Shown: one piece after another, positions 58,397 to 64,000 of the stretch
How the letters are laid out: each line of letters starts with the position of its first letter
How positions within the stretch are numbered: the stretch's first letter is position 1
Source of the DNA: Candidatus Latescibacterota bacterium
GTDB taxonomy: Bacteria; Latescibacterota; UBA2968; UBA8231
Direction: 5' to 3'
DNA length: 64,000 nt
NCBI GenBank assembly: GCA_965200315.1
Contig: OZ241362.1
Span: 1-64,000 of the forward strand
Notes under the pieces: model-generated
What the model was told of the DNA's origin: nothing
What the model saw: only the letters and a program-made list of their open reading frames with translations
The model's database searches: none
Translations under genes and position numbers: made by a program

Positions 58397-59005
58397 TCAC
58401 TTGGCAGGAGGTTCAATTTTAGCCACGCCGATCATTGAGTCGCGCGTGACAAGCGACACGAGTTGTTCTTCGGTATGGTCTTCCGTGTTAGCAGGGCGTT
58501 CGGGCAGCACCATGTAGCGGAGATCCGAGTTGCTGTCCCAGACGCGGATTTCGACCGAATCGGGTAGCTCGAGGTCAAATTCCCGCAAGACCGCTCTCGG
58601 CTCCCGCACCACCCAAGAGCGATAGGCGTAGGATTTGTACCAACTCGGCGGCAAGCCGAGTACGGACCAGGGATAACAGGAACAGAGGGTGCAAACGACG
58701 ACGTGGTGGACGCTTGGTGTGTTTTTTAGGACGACGATTTTGCTACCGTGCGCGTCGCCAAAACCGAGTTCGGCAATAGCCGCGGTGCCGTCTTTGAGCA
58801 GCCGTCGCTTATAGTCAGGGTCGCGCCAGGCGCGGGCAACTACTTTGGCACCATTGAGCGGGCCTACGTCTTGTTCGTACTGCTGCACGACTTCGTCTAT
58901 AATCTCGGTTGTCAGCAAGCCCTTTTCGATCAGGAGCGATTCGAGTGCTTTGGTGCGCAGGGCGGCATCTGTCTCGGTTTGGACCGCTTGGCGAAAAGTA
59001 TTCAT
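58397..59005 (-). CDS. nthA: Nitrile hydratase alpha subunit (Co-type)
   Basis: [10 protein letters not shown] (Thr marks the Co-type), [18 protein letters not shown]. Confidence 0.97.
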   Translation of the reverse strand: MNTFRQAVQTETDAALRTKALESLLIEKGLLTTEIIDEVVQQYEQDVGPLNGAKVVARAWRDPDYKRRLLKDGTAAIAELGFGDAHGSKIVVLKNTPSVHHVVVCTLCSCYPWSVLGLPPSWYKSYAYRSWVVREPRAVLREFDLELPDSVEIRVWDSNSDLRYMVLPERPANTEDHTEEQLVSLVTRDSMIGVAKIEPPAK

Positions 59006-59035
59006 AACAAAAATCCTTTTGCGATTGGGGATTGG

Positions 59036-59707
59036 TTACGCCGGTTCTAGGTAGCTTTCCCACATATCCAAATAGACGGCACTTTTTGTTTCCGCGGTGC
59101 TACCCCATAGCTCCGCGGCGTCAAAGCGCACGGCATATAGGGGTTGTTGGCGAGTTGCACACCCCGCGGGCAGTTCGGCATCTTGGAGGTTGTAGATGTC
59201 GTAGAAATTGGTGACCGTGCCGTATTTGCCCCGTGCGTAGCGGGGAAGTCGGGTGTGACCTCTGGGGTGGATATTGCGCGACCGCACGCGGTCGCCGGTG
59301 GAAAATTGCGGCTGGATGTCCATTGGCTGCGGAGGTGGATTCGCCGGGCGCGAGCGCTTGAGTTCCGCGCGGACGGAGTCGGGGTCGGGATGCACCGGGG
59401 TTTCGGCGTTGGGATGAGCCCGGAAAAGCGCCATCCGCGTCTCTAACTCTTCTTGGGTTAGCACACCGGCGTCAATCAGCCCTTTGATGCGGGAGTACAG
59501 CCATTTCTCGTAATAGCTGGACGACAGGTAGTGGGCTGGGTCCATGTTTTCGATGTTGTTGCGGGCACCTCCGGGAACCGCTACCGGAGTCGCTACCGCT
59601 ATGGCAAGCACTCGGCCCTCCCAAGGATGGTGGAATAGAGGTTCGTTTTCCTCGCGTATAATGGGGCCAAATCCGTGCATCCCGCCCATGTCGTGAATGC
59701 CGTCCAT
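59036..59707 (-). CDS. nthB: Nitrile hydratase beta subunit
   Basis: MDGIHDMGGMHGFG, YYEKW, HTRLPRYARGK, DMWESYLEPA. Confidence 0.97.
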   Translation of the reverse strand: MDGIHDMGGMHGFGPIIREENEPLFHHPWEGRVLAIAVATPVAVPGGARNNIENMDPAHYLSSSYYEKWLYSRIKGLIDAGVLTQEELETRMALFRAHPNAETPVHPDPDSVRAELKRSRPANPPPQPMDIQPQFSTGDRVRSRNIHPRGHTRLPRYARGKYGTVTNFYDIYNLQDAELPAGCATRQQPLYAVRFDAAELWGSTAETKSAVYLDMWESYLEPA

Positions 59708-59773
59708 AGTTGCTCCTAGGGTTTTTGCACGACCGGTTCGCTGTCGTGGATGGTTGAATTCCGCATGTAATGC

Positions 59774-61012
59774 TCACTTGATCGTTTGCTCAGCCGCGGG
59801 CGGTTCGATCTGGTCCAATAACTGTATGACGTCTTTGGGCTGGACCTTGTTGCGAAAAAAGAAGACCCCGCCGGGCACGTTTTTAAAATCGCCCTCGCTG
59901 ACATTGAGGTTGGACGAGACGGCCACGATCAAATCCCGGCGTTGAGCTTGGCGCAACTTTTCCAGCTTGCGCCGCAGATACTCCGGCCGCCAGTAGCCCA
60001 TGATTTCCAAAAGCGCCGTGCGGCCGTCGGGATGGCGGAAGGTGAAGTCCGGGATCATTACAGTCTCTTTGAGATTGACGACTTCGCTCTCGCGTTCGAG
60101 TTGCCAGGCGGTTTTGGCCTTGGCAAAGCGCGCGGCAAACGTCTCCTCCAATAGCGAGTCGTACAGGGTCTGATCCTTGTAATGCGACACGAGCCCCGAT
60201 TGATCGTCGAGGACGAACTGCTGGCGGCGACCGTCTTTGCGCAAAATGTCGGCCTGCATCGACCAGCGGGTACAAAGCAGCAGAGCCGGGAGGAAAACCG
60301 CCATTTGCAGGCCGTATTTCTGCGAGTGGCGGAACATGCTCACCGGGCCGTCGAGCCCGATCTCGTAGCCGGCATCCACATCGCCTTCGATGGTGTGAAT
60401 TAGTCGATAGAACTTGATGAATTTGAAAAGCTGCTTGTAGCGCACGGGCAGGTTGCGATACACGCTCAGGCGCAAAACCTCGCAGCGGTAGAGCATGGCT
60501 TGGGCTAGTGCCACGTTGTAACGCAGGAGCAACTCGTTGGGCGAGGGCGCGGCAAAGGTCGCAAGCTGGTGGTTTTCGGGCAGGTCGGCGTACAGCCCGG
60601 CGAGCACATCTTCGCGGCTGATTTGGTGTTTGAGGGCGACCTGCTCCAGCACATCCTCGCGTTTGACCGGGTAGATGAGGCTGGTCTCGCGGACGACTGG
60701 ATGATGGGCGCGGGCCAGCGTAAAAACGGCGTGGCGCAATTCTTCGGGGGGCTGGGGACTGGCAACGTGGAATTCGCAGTAGTGGTCGCACAGCAGCTTG
60801 GTTAGGCCGCGCTGGATGCGGTAGTCGGTGCGATCCCCGGCGAGCAAATCGAGGGCTTGCCGTAGTTCCCGCCGGGTTTTGCCCTCGTGTTCGGTGTGGA
60901 CTTCGATGAGTGCTTGGGCTAGGTCGATGAGGGCCGCATCCTCAACGGCGACATAGCGCGGTTCGATATAGGGGCCGTGCGAGCGGGTCAGCAGGAGGTC
61001 CGAGGTCAGCAC
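59774..61012 (-). CDS. DUF790 family (Bax1-like) endonuclease
   Basis: MLTSDLL, RYNVALAQAML, LDGP.S.F, MIPDF, LEIMGYWRPEYL..KL. Confidence 0.9.
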   Translation of the reverse strand: MLTSDLLLTRSHGPYIEPRYVAVEDAALIDLAQALIEVHTEHEGKTRRELRQALDLLAGDRTDYRIQRGLTKLLCDHYCEFHVASPQPPEELRHAVFTLARAHHPVVRETSLIYPVKREDVLEQVALKHQISREDVLAGLYADLPENHQLATFAAPSPNELLLRYNVALAQAMLYRCEVLRLSVYRNLPVRYKQLFKFIKFYRLIHTIEGDVDAGYEIGLDGPVSMFRHSQKYGLQMAVFLPALLLCTRWSMQADILRKDGRRQQFVLDDQSGLVSHYKDQTLYDSLLEETFAARFAKAKTAWQLERESEVVNLKETVMIPDFTFRHPDGRTALLEIMGYWRPEYLRRKLEKLRQAQRRDLIVAVSSNLNVSEGDFKNVPGGVFFFRNKVQPKDVIQLLDQIEPPAAEQTIK

Positions 61013-61017
61013 GGTGC

Positions 61018-62373
61018 TTACTCGTAGGCTTCGTGGCGGCGGCGGCGGTCGCTGATGCGGTCTTCGACCGTGTCCTTGGAGACCACTTCGTAGAGCACGG
61101 CTTCCTTGCCTTGGCGGCGGCGGAGGATGCGTCCGAGGCGCTGGACGTGCTCGCGGATGGTCCCCGAGCCGGAGAGGACTACCGCGACGTTGGCTTCGGG
61201 AATGTTGACGCCCTCGTTGAGCACTTTTGAGGCGACGAGGGCGAGGTACTCCCCTTTGTTGAAGGCCTCGAGGATGTCTTTGCGCTCGCGCGTGCGGGTG
61301 CGGTGGGTAATGGCCGGGACCAAGAAGGTGCGGGATATCTGATGGACGGTCTCGTTGTCGTTGGTAAAAATCAACACGCGGTCGCGCGGGTGGGCCTTGA
61401 GGATGTCTTCGAGGACGCGGAGCTTGGCGGTCGCGCCGAGGGCGATCTGGCGGTGGCGGCGGTAGGCGTGCATGGCCCGTCGGCCGCTGGTGCTTTTGGC
61501 CGAGAGCATGATGAAGTGCCGCCAGCCGTCTTTGGTGCCGAGGCGGATGTTCTTATCGGCGAGAAAGGCCCGGTACTCGTCGCGGGCGGTCTCGTATTGG
61601 GCGCGCTCCTCAGCGACCATATCCACTTGGCGGCGCTCGACGCGATACGCGGCTAAGTACTCGCCGGACAAGGCGCGGATGCCGCGCTCATAAGCTATAG
61701 GACCGACGAGGGTGTCGAGGAGCACGTGGCGACCATCGGCGCGTTCCGGCGTGGCCGTCAGACCTAGGCGGTAGGGCGCTAGGCACATTTCAGCGGCATG
61801 GCTGTACATTTCGCCGGGCAGATGATGGGCCTCGTCGAAGACGATGAGGCCGAAGCGGTTGCCGTAACGGTCCATCTGCATATAGGCGCTGTCGTAGGTG
61901 GCGACGGTCAGGTCGGCTAGCTCGTGGTAGCCGCCGCCGAGCAAGCCAACCTCGACGGCAAACGAGCGGGTGAGCAGGTCGTACCACTGGTTCATCAGGT
62001 CGATGGTCGGAGCGACGACGAGGGTACTGCGCTGGACTTCTACCATAGCCATGAGCGCGACCTGTGACTTGCCCGCGCCCGTGGGCAAGACGACCACGCC
62101 GCGGCAGCCGTGCTGTTGCCAAGCGGCGATGCTTTCGGCTTGGTGCGGGTGCGGTTCTGGTGCGGTTGGCGGTTGCAGGGCAAGGGTGTTGTAGCGCGGA
62201 GCTGTATTCTTGAACGCGGCTCCGTGCCGGTTGAGGTATTCGATGCTTTCGCGGTAGAAGTGGGCTTGAGCGCGCCAGTGATCGACACGTGCGTCCCAGA
62301 CAAAGGCCGGAGGCGCGTCTGGGCCGACGTAGTCGCGCAGGAGCAGGGTGCCTTCTTCAAAGGTCAGACGCAT
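61018..62373 (-). CDS. XPB/Rad25-like superfamily II DEAH helicase
   Basis: LPTGAGKS, FDEAHH, LGLTATPER, EGVNIP, QRLGRILR. Confidence 0.93.
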   Translation of the reverse strand: MRLTFEEGTLLLRDYVGPDAPPAFVWDARVDHWRAQAHFYRESIEYLNRHGAAFKNTAPRYNTLALQPPTAPEPHPHQAESIAAWQQHGCRGVVVLPTGAGKSQVALMAMVEVQRSTLVVAPTIDLMNQWYDLLTRSFAVEVGLLGGGYHELADLTVATYDSAYMQMDRYGNRFGLIVFDEAHHLPGEMYSHAAEMCLAPYRLGLTATPERADGRHVLLDTLVGPIAYERGIRALSGEYLAAYRVERRQVDMVAEERAQYETARDEYRAFLADKNIRLGTKDGWRHFIMLSAKSTSGRRAMHAYRRHRQIALGATAKLRVLEDILKAHPRDRVLIFTNDNETVHQISRTFLVPAITHRTRTRERKDILEAFNKGEYLALVASKVLNEGVNIPEANVAVVLSGSGTIREHVQRLGRILRRRQGKEAVLYEVVSKDTVEDRISDRRRRHEAYE

Positions 62374-62458
62374 AGACGCAGATTGATTAGGGGGAAGAGA
62401 AATGATACATTGGGGCCAGAAAGCGGGCAAGGCATCATCAACCAAGGAGACATGCGAT

Positions 62459-63406
62459 ATGGACACAGCCCGAGTGGGTATGGCCCGCGCCGGTGCGCGG
62501 CAAGCTAATGTATATCAAGCACTAAATTTGGTGCGCGAGGACGTTGAGCCGAAACTGGCCGCCCAAGTGATGCTCAAGCCGAACTTCCTGTCCAGCGAAA
62601 ATCCCCTCGCCTCAACCCACGCCGACGCCATGCGCGGTGCCATCGATTTCCTACTGAGTACGCCGCAGCCGCCCGAGGAGATCGTCATTGCCGAAGGCGG
62701 CAACGAGAAGTATTCGGGCGAGGCGTTTGCCAACTTCGGCTATGGTGCATTGGTCGAAGAGTACCCGGTGCCGATTCGCTTGGTCGATCTCCATCAGGAG
62801 ACGCGGTGGGAAGAGACGGCGATTTACATGGCTGGCGGCGTCGAGGCGACTGTGCGGATGCCGAGCGTGGTCCTCGAATGCCCCTGTACCATTTCGGTGG
62901 CCGTGGCCAAAACTCACGACGTGTGCGTGGTTACGTTGGCGCAGAAGAACATGATCATGGGGACCCTGCACAAAGAGGATCGCATCAAGATGCACGGCTA
63001 TCCCTCGCATGCCGAGCGCGTGTTGCCCAGCGAAGCGCAGGTGCTCAACGTGAATTTGATCCGCTTGGCTGAGTATCTCCAGCCGGATATCGGGATCGTC
63101 GATGGCACGGTGGGTTTGCAGGGCAATGGCCCTGGGGGAACGGATGCGGTTCAGATGGGCGCGGCTGCCGCCTCAGCCGATGTGTTTGCCGTGGATGCGG
63201 TCATGGCCAAGGCCATGGGCTTTGAGCCGATGGAACTGGGCCTTTTGCACTACGCCGACACCTTGGGCTACGGCGTGGCCGACTTGGAGCGGATTACAGT
63301 GCGGGGCGCGTCCATTGCCGAGGTCGTCTGCGCCTTTAAGCCGCACGAGACGACCGCCCAGCAGATGCAGTGGCGGGAGGATGCAGTGGCGCAGTTTTTG
63401 CCGTAG
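62459..63406 (+). CDS. DUF362 domain protein
   Basis: VMLKPN, STH, IAEG, KTHD..VTL..KN, IVDG..G.QGNGP. Confidence 0.88.
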   Translation: MDTARVGMARAGARQANVYQALNLVREDVEPKLAAQVMLKPNFLSSENPLASTHADAMRGAIDFLLSTPQPPEEIVIAEGGNEKYSGEAFANFGYGALVEEYPVPIRLVDLHQETRWEETAIYMAGGVEATVRMPSVVLECPCTISVAVAKTHDVCVVTLAQKNMIMGTLHKEDRIKMHGYPSHAERVLPSEAQVLNVNLIRLAEYLQPDIGIVDGTVGLQGNGPGGTDAVQMGAAAASADVFAVDAVMAKAMGFEPMELGLLHYADTLGYGVADLERITVRGASIAEVVCAFKPHETTAQQMQWREDAVAQFLP

Positions 63407-63569
63407 GGGGTGTTGGAGTTACCTAAAGCTAATTGCGCTTGAGGCCCTTTTTACCGCGGCTGAGAAGGATTTCCTGCCAGAATTTCTCGCGGTCACTAAT
63501 TACCTTACTAGGTGTGTGTATCGAGCGTGCGCCCAGAGTAAGGCTCTCGCAGCATTTCCACGACTGCAA

Positions 63570-63704
63570 AAGTGGTTCATCGGTGGTCCGGGCCGGAATT
63601 TCGAGCAGCGCGGAGTCGCCCCACAACATCTGAGCTGCGACGAAATCAATGCCGTGTTTTGACTTATTGGCATGGCTTTTCTCCGGGTCGAACTCGAATT
63701 CCAT
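63570..63704 (-). pseudogene. BrnT family toxin, 5' half only
   Basis: MEFEFDPEKSHANKSKHGIDF...TDEP, then diverges; the RIIS.R C-terminus and the antitoxin are absent. Confidence 0.8.
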
Positions 63705-63874
63705 AGATAAATGATAAAATCATAGGTAATTCGTCTAAATGGTCCTATGCCTGATGGCCCAAATCGGCGTTTGTTATGGCAGTAGCAATGGCCGCTAAGC
63801 GCTCGTTGTGCCCTGTTGCTCTGCGGCCTAACTTAGCAAAAAACGAGACTTATCTTAGAAAGGACTCTTCTACC

Positions 63875-64000
63875 ATGACGCCTCCCAACATCCTCTGGAT
63901 TTGCACGGATCAGCAGCGCTACGACACGATTGGTGCGCTCGGTTATCCCCACGTCGATACGCCGCACATCGATCGGCTGGTCGCCGAGGGCGTGGCCTTT
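63875..64000 (+). CDS. Sulfatase-like hydrolase, N-terminus (runs off the window)
   Basis: MTPPNILWICTDQQRYDTIGALG...TPHIDRLVAEGVAF. Confidence 0.88.
   Translation, partial: MTPPNILWICTDQQRYDTIGALGYPHVDTPHIDRLVAEGVAF

Noticed and set aside
1-64000. tRNA/rRNA genes, transposases, integrases, prophage genes
   Set aside because: None recognised. The many overlapping antisense ORFs in the track are high-GC shadow frames.

Overview
GC-rich bacterial chromosomal window. The gene mix (many PhyH dioxygenases, Gfo/Idh/MocA oxidoreductases, sulfatases, a Co-type nitrile hydratase) resembles marine, possibly sponge-associated Latescibacterota/Poribacteria-like genomes; this is inference only. The first 8.4 kb is a collapsed CRISPR region. 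It holds a type I-G (I-U)-like array (1-838), an in-frame cas6'-'cas2 scar of a deleted type I-B/MYXAN operon, a leader, and a MYXAN-type array whose last repeat is fused to a loop-inverted I-G repeat. The middle carries catabolic genes, two decayed restriction-modification loci, and a STAS/HATPase + micro-protein + STAS-wHTH + SH3 + NurA-HAS-HerA cluster. The most promising candidate new system is an intact, AT-rich two-gene island (43281-49477): a 1551-aa Sm/Hfq-like + TPR + STAND-NTPase protein translationally coupled to a STAND-NTPase + Swt1-like HEPN RNase, resembling an NLR-like sensor/effector pair. About a dozen accessory and defence genes show clean deletion scars while core genes are intact. 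The end of the window has PBP1A, cca, yitJ, the nitrile hydratase operon, an XPB-Bax1-like pair, DUF362 and a partial sulfatase. All assignments come from motif recognition by eye; no searches were run.
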